DNA from: Escherichia coli
GTDB taxonomy: Bacteria > Pseudomonadota > Gammaproteobacteria > Enterobacterales > Enterobacteriaceae
DNA: 64,000 nucleotides
Assembly: GCF_003790525.1 (NCBI RefSeq)
Contig: NZ_CP033635.1
Direction: 5' to 3' (one strand)
The translations under genes and the position numbers were made by a program. Position 1 is the first letter of the stretch. Each line of letters starts with the position of its first letter. The notes beneath the pieces are model-generated. The model saw nothing but the letters and a program-made list of their open reading frames with translations. It was not told the origin of the DNA and searched no databases. Below are positions 44,138-56,107 of the stretch, piece after piece.

Positions 44138-46096
44138 ATGAGTCAAATTCACAAACACACCATTCCTGCCAACATCGCAGACCGTTGCCTGATAAACCCT
44201 CAGCAGTACGAGGCGATGTATCAACAATCTATTAACGCACCAGATACCTTCTGGGGCGAACAGGGAAAAATTCTCGACTGGATCAAACCTTACCAGAAGG
44301 TGAAAAACACCTCCTTTGCCCCCGGTAATGTGTCCATTAAATGGTACGAGGACGGCACGCTGAATCTGGCGGCAAACTGCCTTGACCGCCATCTGCAAGA
44401 AAACGGCGATCGTACCGCCATCATCTGGGAAGGCGACGACGCCAGCCAGAGCAAACATATCAGCTATAAAGAGCTGCACCGCGACGTCTGCCGCTTCGCC
44501 AATACCCTGCTCGAGCTGGGCATTAAAAAAGGTGATGTGGTGGCGATTTATATGCCGATGGTGCCGGAAGCCGCGGTCGCGATGCTGGCCTGCGCCCGCA
44601 TTGGCGCGGTGCATTCGGTAATTTTCGGCGGCTTCTCGCCGGAAGCCGTTGCCGGGCGCATTATCGATTCTAACTCACGGTTGGTGATCACTTCCGACGA
44701 AGGCGTGCGCGCCGGGCGTAGTATTCCGCTGAAGAAAAACGTTGATGACGCGCTGAAAAACCCGAACGTCACCAGCGTAGAGCATGTGGTGGTACTGAAG
44801 CGTACTGGCGGAAAAATTGACTGGCAGGAAGGGCGCGACCTGTGGTGGCACGACCTGGTTGAGCAAGCGAGCGATCAGCACCAGGCGGAAGAGATGAACG
44901 CCGAAGATCCGCTGTTTATTCTCTATACCTCCGGTTCTACCGGTAAGCCGAAAGGCGTACTGCACACTACCGGCGGTTATCTGGTGTACGCGGCGCTGAC
45001 CTTTAAATATGTCTTTGATTATCATCCGGGCGATATCTACTGGTGCACCGCCGATGTGGGTTGGGTTACCGGACACAGTTATTTGCTGTACGGCCCGTTG
45101 GCCTGCGGCGCGACCACGCTGATGTTTGAAGGCGTACCGAACTGGCCGACGCCTGCCCGTATGGCGCAGGTGGTGGACAAGCATCAGGTCAATATTCTCT
45201 ATACCGCGCCCACGGCGATTCGCGCGCTGATGGCGGAAGGCGATAAAGCGATTGAAGGCACCGATCGATCGTCGCTGCGCATTCTCGGTTCCGTGGGCGA
45301 GCCAATCAACCCGGAAGCGTGGGAGTGGTACTGGAAGAAGATCGGCAACGAGAAATGCCCAGTGGTCGATACCTGGTGGCAGACCGAAACTGGCGGTTTC
45401 ATGATCACCCCACTGCCTGGCGCTACCGAGCTGAAAGCCGGTTCGGCAACACGTCCGTTCTTCGGCGTACAACCGGCGCTGGTCGATAACGAAGGTCATC
45501 CGCTGGAGGGGGCCGCCGAAGGCAGTCTGGTGATCACCGACTCCTGGCCTGGTCAGGCGCGTACATTGTTTGGCGATCACGAACGCTTTGAACAGACCTA
45601 CTTCTCCACCTTCAAAAATATGTATTTCAGCGGCGACGGCGCGCGTCGTGATGAAGATGGCTATTACTGGATCACCGGGCGCGTGGACGACGTGCTGAAC
45701 GTCTCGGGTCACCGTCTGGGAACAGCGGAGATTGAGTCGGCGCTGGTGGCGCATCCGAAGATTGCCGAAGCCGCTGTCGTCGGTATTCCGCACAATATTA
45801 AAGGTCAGGCGATCTACGCCTACGTCACGCTTAATCACGGGGAGGAACCGTCACCAGAACTGTACGCAGAAGTCCGCAACTGGGTGCGTAAAGAGATTGG
45901 CCCGCTGGCGACGCCAGACGTGCTGCACTGGACCGACTCCCTGCCTAAAACCCGCTCCGGCAAAATTATGCGCCGTATTCTGCGCAAAATTGCGGCGGGC
46001 GATACCAGCAACCTGGGCGATACCTCGACGCTTGCCGATCCTGGCGTAGTCGAGAAGCTGCTTGAAGAGAAGCAGGCTATCGCGATGCCATCGTAA
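44138..46096 (+). CDS. acs: Acetyl-CoA synthetase, 652 aa
   Basis: ORF track; AMP-binding motif [11 protein letters not shown]. Confidence 0.97.
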   Translation: MSQIHKHTIPANIADRCLINPQQYEAMYQQSINAPDTFWGEQGKILDWIKPYQKVKNTSFAPGNVSIKWYEDGTLNLAANCLDRHLQENGDRTAIIWEGDDASQSKHISYKELHRDVCRFANTLLELGIKKGDVVAIYMPMVPEAAVAMLACARIGAVHSVIFGGFSPEAVAGRIIDSNSRLVITSDEGVRAGRSIPLKKNVDDALKNPNVTSVEHVVVLKRTGGKIDWQEGRDLWWHDLVEQASDQHQAEEMNAEDPLFILYTSGSTGKPKGVLHTTGGYLVYAALTFKYVFDYHPGDIYWCTADVGWVTGHSYLLYGPLACGATTLMFEGVPNWPTPARMAQVVDKHQVNILYTAPTAIRALMAEGDKAIEGTDRSSLRILGSVGEPINPEAWEWYWKKIGNEKCPVVDTWWQTETGGFMITPLPGATELKAGSATRPFFGVQPALVDNEGHPLEGAAEGSLVITDSWPGQARTLFGDHERFEQTYFSTFKNMYFSGDGARRDEDGYYWITGRVDDVLNVSGHRLGTAEIESALVAHPKIAEAAVVGIPHNIKGQAIYAYVTLNHGEEPSPELYAEVRNWVRKEIGPLATPDVLHWTDSLPKTRSGKIMRRILRKIAAGDTSNLGDTSTLADPGVVEKLLEEKQAIAMPS

Positions 46097-46099
46097 CCC

Positions 46100-46222
46100 A
46101 CAATTGCCGGATGCGATCCGGGCAACAAGTCGGAAACGATTTGTAGGCCTGATAAGACGCGACAGCGTCGCATCAGGCATTGATTGCCGGATGCGGCATA
46201 TAACGCCTTATCCAGCCTACAT
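46100..46222. repeat. REP cluster between acs and yjcH
   Basis: TGCCGGATGCGATCCGGGCA, AGGCCTGATAAGACGCGACAGCGTCGCATCAGGC and TGCCGGATGCGGCATATAACGCCTTATCC units. Confidence 0.65.
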
Positions 46223-46308
46223 TCGGCGAGGGTTACCTGGGCGTTAACCCGCTCCCATAAGGGCGCGGGAATTAAAACAATCCCTACATTACCTCTGGAG
46301 AATCTGTG

Positions 46309-48269
<1,961 letters not shown>

Positions 48270-48299
48270 TCTCCACTAGCCTCTGGTCACCTGACCAAC

Positions 48300-48332
48300 G
48301 GTAAAAAGGTGCGATGTACTGCACCTTTTTAC
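48300..48332. terminator. Bidirectional terminator between convergent actP and yjcE
   Basis: AAAAAGGTGCGATGTACTGCACCTTTTT: hairpin flanked by A-run and T-run. Confidence 0.7.
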
Positions 48333-48350
48333 CGATTACACCGCCAAGCG

Positions 48351-50000
48351 TTATTGGTTCTCTTCAATCAGCAACGCTTCAAGCAAATCGAGATCGTGCA
48401 ATAATTTTTGCAGCGTTTCGTTACTGATCTCCCGCGTGGCGCGCAGGTGGTACAGTTCAGCACGTTCAGAACGCAATGCCGCCAGACGGAAGCGACGCTC
48501 CAGGTTCTCTTCCAGGATTGAACTTTCTACATCATTACGTCCATCGGCGCGACGACGCAGGTTACCAATGACGCGAGAACTAACCTCTGTGAGCAGCTGG
48601 TTATCGATATTCTCTTCGGTATCCGCCGCCAGACGCTCCTCCATTTTCTGGATCGCCACAATCGCCACTTCTGCCGTTGCCGCTCGCGCAATACGTTCCT
48701 CTTTCAATTGTTGCGAATGGTCCGCGACTTCAATGTGTTGTAGCAGAATAGGCAACATCACCACGCCGACAAACAGCGAGAAGAGAATGACACCAGCCGC
48801 CAGGAACACCAGCTCATAGCGCGCCGGGAAGACGTTACCATCCGGCAAGAGCAGCGGGATAGAGAGCACACCGGCCAGAGTGATCGCCCCACGCACCCCG
48901 GCGAAAGACGCGATCAGGATTTCTCGTGTAGTCCACGAACCAAACTCCATCGGCTTCTTCTTCAGGAAGCGGTTGCTGAACTTTTTCATCGTCCACAGCC
49001 AGCCGAAACGGACCAGCATCAGCGCCGCATAAATCAGAATGATATCGGTAAACAGCATCCAGATTTCGACGTTAGGGTCGATTTCTGCCGCCATCAGCGA
49101 CGTCTCCAGAATACCCGGCAGCTGCAGACCTAACAGCAGGAATACCATGCCGTTAAAGACAAATTCCAGCATCGCCCAGGTACTGTTTGCGCGCAGGCGC
49201 ATTGCCAGCGGCGCACGGCGCATCACACCGGAGCGGGTGATGGTCATCCCGGCGGCAACCGCAGCGAGGATGCCGGAAACGCCAATATGTTCGGCAATCA
49301 GATAAGAAGCGAATGGCAGCAAGAACAGTAGAACAATCTGCGTCGCGGGTTCATCACCGCCCCAGCGGCTGAGGAATCGCAGCGAGCGACCGTACAGCCA
49401 GCTCACCACAAAACCGGCGAGAATACCGCCAATGGCCACTTTCATAAATTCGACCGTCGCACCACCGACGGTGAAGATCATCGTCCCCATCGCCACTGCC
49501 ACGGCAAACTTCAACGACACCAGACCGGAGGCGTCATTCATCAACGCTTCGCCCTGCAAAATGCCCATGATTTTTTTCGGGATGCGCCCTTCGCCAACAA
49601 TCCCGGAGAGCGCCACAGCATCGGTCGGAGAAAGCACCGCCGCCAGCGCAAAGGCGGGGATCAGCGGAATGCCCGGCACCACCCAGTAAATAAGGAAGCC
49701 AATGCCGACCACGGTGACCACCACCAGCGCCAGCGCGAGGCCGAAAATCTCTCGCCCATGTTCGAGAAATTCACGGGTCGGCGTTTTCCAGCCATCAGCG
49801 AACAGCAACGGCGGGATAAACAAGACTAAAAAGAGTTCAGGATCAAACTCCACATGCAAACCAAACGTCGGCCACGCCAGTAGCGCACCGATGGCGATTT
49901 GCATAAGCGGAAGCGGGATCTGAAAGGGCATGACACGAGTGACCACCCCGGACAGCGAGACCACGAGGGTCATTATCAGTATGGTGAAGAAGATTTCCAT
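48351..50000 (-). CDS. yjcE: Putative Na+/H+ exchanger YjcE (CPA1 family), 549 aa
   Basis: ORF track; multi-TM with C-terminal cytoplasmic domain. Confidence 0.9.
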   Translation of the reverse strand: MEIFFTILIMTLVVSLSGVVTRVMPFQIPLPLMQIAIGALLAWPTFGLHVEFDPELFLVLFIPPLLFADGWKTPTREFLEHGREIFGLALALVVVTVVGIGFLIYWVVPGIPLIPAFALAAVLSPTDAVALSGIVGEGRIPKKIMGILQGEALMNDASGLVSLKFAVAVAMGTMIFTVGGATVEFMKVAIGGILAGFVVSWLYGRSLRFLSRWGGDEPATQIVLLFLLPFASYLIAEHIGVSGILAAVAAGMTITRSGVMRRAPLAMRLRANSTWAMLEFVFNGMVFLLLGLQLPGILETSLMAAEIDPNVEIWMLFTDIILIYAALMLVRFGWLWTMKKFSNRFLKKKPMEFGSWTTREILIASFAGVRGAITLAGVLSIPLLLPDGNVFPARYELVFLAAGVILFSLFVGVVMLPILLQHIEVADHSQQLKEERIARAATAEVAIVAIQKMEERLAADTEENIDNQLLTEVSSRVIGNLRRRADGRNDVESSILEENLERRFRLAALRSERAELYHLRATREISNETLQKLLHDLDLLEALLIEENQ

Positions 50001-50150
50001 GCGTTCCCTGTTTGCGATGTTTTTTATGATCTGAGAAAGGCGTTATGCCTGAATTCTCATTTTTTCAGAATATCGCAAAAGCTCACACAATGTGCGGAGA
50101 AAATAAAAACGGGCAGCCATTGCCACCCGTTTTCAGAATCCTATGTAAGA

Positions 50151-51500
50151 TTAGATAGCCCAGCCACCCGCATAGAAGGTCACCAGCGCCACGGCAATAA
50201 CGACCGTACCGATGTTCAACTTGCGCCATTCGCCGGAAACCAGACGACCAATCACCAGAGTCGCGAAGCCGATCATGATGCCTGTTACGATGTTACAGGT
50301 CAGCACGATGAATACCGCCGTAACCAGACCCGCCATCGCATCAACAAAATCAGCAAAGTCGATTTTCGCCACGTTGCTCAGCATCAGCAGGCCAACGTAC
50401 ATCAACGCCGGAGCCGTTGCGTACCCCGGAACGAGGTAAGAGAGCGGAGAGAGGAACAGAATCAGCAGGAACAGCACGCCAACGGTGATAGCCGTCAACC
50501 CGGTTTTACCGCCCGCCGCCGTACCCGCCGCAGACTCGATGTATACCGCTGCCGGAGCTGCACCCACCAGGCCAGAGAAAACGCTGCTCATGGAGTCAGT
50601 GGTCAGTGCTTTCCCGCCGTCGATGATCTGCCCGTCTTTATCCAGCAGGTTCGCCTGACCGGCGACGGCGCGGATAGTTCCGGTGGCATCAAATACTGCC
50701 GTCATCACCAGCGCCAGAACGCTTGGCAGGACTACAGGATTCAGCGCGCCCATAATATCCAGGCTGCCAATCAGTGAATTGCCGTTTTCATCGCTCAATG
50801 AAGGCATAGCGAAAACGCCGGAGAAATGGACGTTAGGATCGAAGATCAAACCGACAATTGAGATACCGATAATGGTCAGCAGAATGCCACCAGGGACTTT
50901 CAGTTTTTCCAGGCCGATGATCACCGCCAGACCTACCAGTGACATCATCACCGGAAAGGTCGTGAAATCACCCAGCGCAACGGGCAGACCATCAAGCGGG
51001 TTTTTAATCACCAGACCGACACCATTCGCAGCAATCAGCAGCAGGAACAGACCGATACCGATCCCCGTGCCGTGCGCCACACCGTGCGGCAAGTTGCGCA
51101 AAATCCAGCTACGGATACCCGTGGCAGAAATGACCGTAAACAGCACACCCATCAGGAACACGGCACCCAGCGCGACAGGTACGCTAATATGTTGCCCCAG
51201 CACCAGACTGAATGCGGTAAACGCCGTCAGGGAGATGGCGCAACCAATCGCCAACGGCAGATTAGCCCACAGACCCATCACGATAGAACCGAGTCCGGCA
51301 ACCAGACAGGTCGCAACGAAAACTGCCGCAGGCGGGAAGCCCGCTTTACCCAACATGCCTGGAACGACGATAACCGAGTAGACCATCGCCAGAAACGTTG
51401 TTAACCCGGCAACCACTTCCTGACGGACAGTGCTTCCACGTTGTGAAATTTTAAACCAGGCGTCGAGTGAACCGCCGGTACGCGCTGATGGCGTAGACAT
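50151..51500 (-). CDS. ghxP: Guanine/hypoxanthine permease GhxP (YjcD), 449 aa
   Basis: ORF track; NCS2/AzgA family; PurR-box-like site upstream. Confidence 0.92.
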   Translation of the reverse strand: MSTPSARTGGSLDAWFKISQRGSTVRQEVVAGLTTFLAMVYSVIVVPGMLGKAGFPPAAVFVATCLVAGLGSIVMGLWANLPLAIGCAISLTAFTAFSLVLGQHISVPVALGAVFLMGVLFTVISATGIRSWILRNLPHGVAHGTGIGIGLFLLLIAANGVGLVIKNPLDGLPVALGDFTTFPVMMSLVGLAVIIGLEKLKVPGGILLTIIGISIVGLIFDPNVHFSGVFAMPSLSDENGNSLIGSLDIMGALNPVVLPSVLALVMTAVFDATGTIRAVAGQANLLDKDGQIIDGGKALTTDSMSSVFSGLVGAAPAAVYIESAAGTAAGGKTGLTAITVGVLFLLILFLSPLSYLVPGYATAPALMYVGLLMLSNVAKIDFADFVDAMAGLVTAVFIVLTCNIVTGIMIGFATLVIGRLVSGEWRKLNIGTVVIAVALVTFYAGGWAI

Positions 51501-51612
51501 AAGAAAACATCCCCTGAGAGTTTAATTTTCGTCAAGATGCGTGGCGGACAATCCCCTGCCAGCGAAACGTTATCTTCCTGCTCCAGGTTTGCGACAAATT
51601 GGTGCGTCGCAA

Positions 51613-51632
51613 AAAAGCAAACGTTTAGCTCC
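51613..51632 (-). promoter_or_regulatory. PurR-box-like operator upstream of ghxP
   Basis: AAGCAAACGTTTAGCT resembles the PurR consensus ACGCAAACGTTTTCTT; weaker copies near 51655 and 51755. Confidence 0.45.
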
Positions 51633-51899
51633 GCGCATACAAAACGGGTGGTAAAAAAGCAAACGATTATCCGGCGATCATAGCGGCTTTTTCAACCGAA
51701 GTTTGCTGCTTTTTTCTCTTTTATTGTCTTGACGATGAAAAACCAGGCAATTGATGCGCAAACGTTATCGTCGATGCGCAAGATTGCAGCGTTATCGAAC
51801 CGTATACCGTTCAGGATTGCGATAAAAAATCGCCTGAGATGACAAAAATATTGCGGCTAAAAAGTGTACTTTTACACTGGCGAAGAAACGCCGGTGACA

Positions 51900-52052
51900 T
51901 ACAATTAAAGCATCAACACCAACCGGAACCTCCACCACGTGCTCGAATGAGGTGTGTTGACGTCGGGGGAAACCCTCCTGTGTACCAGCGGGATAGAGAG
52001 AAAGACAAAGACCGGAAAACAAACTAAAGCGCCCTTGTGGCGCTTTAGTTTT
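51900..52052 (+). ncRNA. ryjA: Candidate small RNA RyjA convergent with soxR, ending at shared hairpin terminator
   Basis: K-12 has sRNA RyjA between soxR and ghxP; here a GC hairpin plus T-run (~52025-52052) reads as a terminator on the + strand; a TACAAT -10-like element near 51900; boundaries approximate. Confidence 0.3.
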
Positions 52053-52055
52053 GTT
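52023..52055. terminator. Hairpin terminator at soxR 3' end (shared with candidate ryjA)
   Basis: AAAGCGCCCTTGTGGCGCTTT hairpin with flanking T-run. Confidence 0.5.
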
Positions 52056-52509
52056 CATCTTCCAGCAAGCGTGCGCCTGTGCCTTCTTCTCCTAAGCGGT
52101 CGCCCGGGTTACGCAATGGGCAATCACTGCGCGAAAGGCAGCCACAACCAATACATCCGTCCAGTTCGTCACGCAGCGCCACTAAGGTATGAATGCGCCG
52201 ATCCAACTCTTCTCGCCATTGGGACGAAAGCTGTTTCCACTCTTTCGCACTTAATGTATGCCCTTCGGGCAACACGCCAAATGCTTCACGAATGGTCGCC
52301 AGCGGAATGCCAATACGCTGAGCAATTTTGATGATTGCGACATATCGCAACACATCACGTTTATATCGCCGCTGATTGCCACTATTACGGATACTGCTAA
52401 TCAACCCTTTGCTTTCATAGAAATGCAGCGCCGATACCGCCACACCGCTGCGTTTTGCCACTTCGCCGGGGGTTAGCAGCGCTTTAATGCGGGGTAATTT
52501 CTTTTCCAT
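52045..52509 (-). CDS. soxR: Redox-sensing MerR-family regulator SoxR, 154 aa
   Basis: ORF track; N-terminal HTH; C-terminal 2Fe-2S Cys cluster [12 protein letters not shown]. Confidence 0.97.
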   Translation of the reverse strand: MEKKLPRIKALLTPGEVAKRSGVAVSALHFYESKGLISSIRNSGNQRRYKRDVLRYVAIIKIAQRIGIPLATIREAFGVLPEGHTLSAKEWKQLSSQWREELDRRIHTLVALRDELDGCIGCGCLSRSDCPLRNPGDRLGEEGTGARLLEDEQN

Positions 52510-52518
52510 AAATCGCTT

Positions 52519-52540
52519 TACCTCAAGTTAACTTGAGGAA
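52519..52540 (+). promoter_or_regulatory. SoxR operator within the soxS promoter
   Basis: Perfect palindrome CCTCAAGTTAACTTGAGG between soxR and soxS starts, followed by TATACT -10. Confidence 0.65.
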
Positions 52541-52594
52541 TTATACTCCCCAACAGATGAATTAACGAACTGAACACTGAAAAGAGGCAGATTT

Positions 52595-52918
52595 ATGTCC
52601 CATCAGAAAATTATTCAGGATCTTATCGCATGGATTGACGAGCATATTGACCAGCCGCTTAACATTGATGTCGTCGCAAAAAAATCAGGCTATTCAAAGT
52701 GGTACTTACAGCGGATGTTCCGCACGGTGACGCATCAGACACTTGGTGATTACATTCGCCAACGCCGCCTGTTGCTGGCCGCCGTTGAGTTGCGCACCAC
52801 CGAGCGTCCGATTTTTGATATCGCAATGGACCTGGGTTATGTCTCGCAGCAGACCTTCTCCCGCGTTTTCCGTCGGCAGTTTGATCGCACTCCAAGCGAT
52901 TATCGCCACCGCCTGTAG
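52595..52918 (+). CDS. soxS: AraC-family superoxide response regulator SoxS, 107 aa
   Basis: ORF track; divergent from soxR. Confidence 0.97.
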   Translation: MSHQKIIQDLIAWIDEHIDQPLNIDVVAKKSGYSKWYLQRMFRTVTHQTLGDYIRQRRLLLAAVELRTTERPIFDIAMDLGYVSQQTFSRVFRRQFDRTPSDYRHRL

Positions 52919-52920
52919 TT

Positions 52921-54507
52921 TTATTGCCCGCGCGTTAACTCCCGCGCGGGTAATTGCTCCATCCATTGCATAAACACCTGCGGCGGCATCGCCTTCGCAA
53001 AGAACCATCCCTGGCAATAGCGCACGCCGCGTTTGCGCAGCCAGTTAACCTGTTCCTCAGTTTCGACGCCTTCAGCGATCGTTTTTAACCCCAGACTGTG
53101 CGCCAGCTCGATGATGTGTTCCGCAATCAAATGACTGGTTTTATGGGTGGTCAGCGTCTCAACAAACGATTTATCGATTTTCAAAATATCGACATTCAAT
53201 GATTTAAGGTTATGCAAGTTAGAGTAGCCAATACCAAAATCATCAATTGCCACTTCGTAACCAGCCTGGCGGAAAGCCAGAATAATTGGTGTCATTTTGT
53301 CGACATCAAGAAATGCATGTTCAGTCACTTCAAATTTAATTTGCTGTGGACGCACCGCGTATTGCTCTGTTTTCTGATTGGTTCGCGCTATCAACCGTGA
53401 CGTATGAAAATCGGAGGCCGACAGGTTAATAGAAACATAGCGATCGGCATGTGTTGCCAGGTATGCGCCCAGATCGCGGAAGACATTATCAATAACATAA
53501 TCAGTTACCTGTCCGATCATCCCCTCCTTTTCTGCCAGCGGAATAAACTCTGCCGGATTCATTACTTGCCCCTGCTCACCAGGCCAACGTAACAATGCTT
53601 CAGCCCCGATACATTTTTCTGTTTTGATATCGATTATTGGCTGGTAATAAAGGCAAAGTTGATGTTTTTCGAGGGCGCGTTGCAATTTGCGTTTGGGAGA
53701 CAAATAGTTTTGTCGAATACGTAGCCAGAGTAATAGCAGAACAAGACTCCCCAAAATACCGGCGGGTAACGCAAAAATAAGATGATTATAAAAATGCGCT
53801 ATAAGACGTTGATATGAAGTCGCAACAATGGCCGCAATTGGGCGTTTTGTCGAATAAACTGTCGCATATAAATAGCCATTTCTTTGTACAGTTAAATCCT
53901 TCAAATGAATCAGTGGAGAAAACGTTGCTGCCGAGGCCTCGTTGCTTAACGAGAAAAAGGTTTTCGTTACCGTATCATATACACCCCATTGCAATGTCGG
54001 ATCATCAGACATCACTTCACTCCAGAAGAGAGGGTTGATGACCGCCACATAATTTCCCCGCTGCATATAGGTCATTTTATAGCCAGAGAAAAAAGGCGTA
54101 TCGCGGTAATAATAGATAGAAACGTTAGGTTCACGCTTATAATCGGCCGGTGCAATCGTATAGCCGTTTACAGGCGCTATCAGCGATGAGCATAAAAAAT
54201 GGTTATCACGGGCATAGATCAATTCATTAATATAAAGATAGCCACGAATAATATTCAACATTCGCTTTTGATGGGCTGGGGTGCAAACTTGCCCCTGATA
54301 GCGTTCAGCTGCATCGCTCACTAAATCTGCCTGACGAATGACCAGCTCAGATTTATCCAACGCCAGCTGAGCAAAGGTTCGGAGCTGATTATTCACTTCT
54401 GATTTTGCCCAAAAGAAGGCAATCCATAGCGACAGAATGATGGGAAAGAGAACTAAAAAGATAATGCCCGGCAACGCCAGTAATTGGTGTCGTGCACGAT
54501 GACTCAT
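52921..54507 (-). CDS. pdeC: c-di-GMP phosphodiesterase PdeC (YjcC; CSS-EAL), 528 aa
   Basis: ORF track 52921..54516 trimmed to [10 protein letters not shown] start; two TM helices flanking a periplasmic domain; C-terminal EAL domain. Confidence 0.9.
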
Positions 54508-54936
54508 TGCTATCAATTTCCTGCCTGTTTATACCCGGTCATTGCAAGGCGAGAACCCTGGTTATCGACGTCTTTAGATAAATCTTACGGTATAAATAGC
54601 ACTTTTGCCTGATTTGAAATTGATACCTTTTTAATCGTCACCTGAATAAAAATAATTCATTGATATTCAAAACTAATTTCCTACAGGAATGCAGAGGCGG
54701 TGGGAAGATATACCCTTAATGCCCCTGAAAAACCACATAATCTGTACAGCAATAAAAGTCACGTCCTAATATGGCTAACAAACAATCAATTGTGATATAG
54801 TTCACAAAATCAATGAAACAAAAAGAGTGTTTCATTTTTGTGTTCTGCAAGCCCCGCGATAGCCAGAGTGTACCACGCCTCCCGTGAACAACGCCGCGCT
54901 GTCCAGGGCATCGGCTCTTTTCAGAGGAATTGTTTG

Positions 54937-55218
54937 ATGGCTACCCTCACCACTGGCGTGGTTCTTCTTCGCTGGCAACTTCTTAGTGCCGTAATGATGT
55001 TTCTGGCCAGCACACTCAACATCCGTTTTCGTCGGTCTGATTATGTCGGGCTTGCAGTGATCAGCAGCGGTCTGGGCGTGGTTTCTGCCTGCTGGTTCGC
55101 AATGGGGTTGCTTGGCATCACAATGGCGGATATCACCGCCATCTGGCACAACATCGAGTCGGTGATGATAGAAGAGATGAATCAGACACCGCCACAATGG
55201 CCAATGATTTTGACTTGA
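54937..55218 (+). CDS. yjcB: Small inner-membrane protein YjcB, 93 aa
   Basis: ORF track 54838..55218 trimmed to MATLTTGVVLL start; two hydrophobic helices. Confidence 0.75.
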   Translation: MATLTTGVVLLRWQLLSAVMMFLASTLNIRFRRSDYVGLAVISSGLGVVSACWFAMGLLGITMADITAIWHNIESVMIEEMNQTPPQWPMILT

Positions 55219-55222
55219 TATG

Positions 55223-55256
55223 TAGAAGCCTCCATAACGGAGGCTTCTTTTTTATG
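55223..55256. terminator. Terminator between convergent yjcB and ssb
   Basis: GAAGCCTCCATAACGGAGGCTTC hairpin followed by TTTTTT. Confidence 0.65.
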
Positions 55257-55316
55257 GTTGGCAGATGCTTTAATCATCCACCTTAACACAATATAACCTA
55301 TTGTTTTAATGACAAA

Positions 55317-55853
55317 TCAGAACGGAATGTCGTCATCAAAGTCCATCGGCGGCTCGTTAGACGGCGCTGCCGGAGCGGACTGCTGCGGGCGAGACTGCGC
55401 GCCGCCGCTGAACTGATTGCCACCCTGCGGCTGCTGAGGCTGACCCCAACCGCCCTGCGGCTGACCACCACCGATATTGCCACCTGCCGGAGCGCCACCA
55501 CCCTGACGACCACCCAGCATCTGCATGGTGCCGCCAACGTTCACCACGACTTCTGTGGTGTAGCGATCCTGACCGGATTGATCGGTCCATTTGCGGGTAC
55601 GCAGCTGACCTTCGATATAAACCTGAGAACCTTTACGCAGATATTCGCTGGCTACTTCTGCCAGTTTGCCGAACAGCACAACGCGGTGCCATTCAGTCTG
55701 CTCTTTCATCTCGCCGGTCGCTTTATCACGCCAGGATTCGGAAGTAGCCAGCGTAATGTTGGCAACAGCGCCACCATTTGGCATGTAGCGTACTTCCGGG
55801 TCCTGACCCAGATTACCAACGAGAATAACCTTGTTTACGCCTCTGCTGGCCAT
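55317..55853 (-). CDS. ssb: Single-stranded DNA-binding protein, 178 aa
   Basis: ORF track; OB-fold N-terminus, Gly/Gln-rich linker, acidic C-terminal tip DFDDDIPF. Confidence 0.98.
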   Translation of the reverse strand: MASRGVNKVILVGNLGQDPEVRYMPNGGAVANITLATSESWRDKATGEMKEQTEWHRVVLFGKLAEVASEYLRKGSQVYIEGQLRTRKWTDQSGQDRYTTEVVVNVGGTMQMLGGRQGGGAPAGGNIGGGQPQGGWGQPQQPQGGNQFSGGAQSRPQQSAPAAPSNEPPMDFDDDIPF

Positions 55854-56004
55854 GTTCGTGTCTCCTGAAAAAAAATCGTTCTGAATAAGTGTAAACGCGC
55901 GATTGTACCATTACCAATAGCGCTTTTACTATGTTGTGACCTCGGTTCCGGGAAACAAACCTGGCCAGACATTGTTACACAACACTCCGGGTAATGCATT
56001 CCAA

Positions 56005-56024
56005 TACTGTATATTCATTCAGGT
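56005..56024. promoter_or_regulatory. LexA (SOS) box shared by divergent ssb and uvrA promoters
   Basis: CTGTATATTCATTCAG matches CTGT-N8-ACAG in the ssb-uvrA intergenic region. Confidence 0.65.
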
Positions 56025-56107
56025 CAATTTGTGTCATAATTAACCGTTTGTGATCGCCGGTAGCACCATGCCACCGGGCAAAAAAGCGTTTAATCCGGGA
56101 AAGGTGA

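Noticed and set aside
44675-45838. 387-aa ORF antisense to acs
   Set aside because: Completely inside acs on the opposite strand; low-complexity Arg/Gly-rich translation typical of antisense frames in high-GC genes.
49899-51381. Long + strand ORFs (292 aa, 232 aa) across yjcE and ghxP
   Set aside because: Antisense to two well-supported transporter genes; His/Arg/Gln-rich low-complexity translations.
51792-52331. Short overlapping ORFs (88, 62 and 125 aa) in the ghxP-soxR spacer
   Set aside because: Mutually overlapping, no RBS; the 125-aa one runs antisense into soxR; the region is better explained by promoter, operator and sRNA features.
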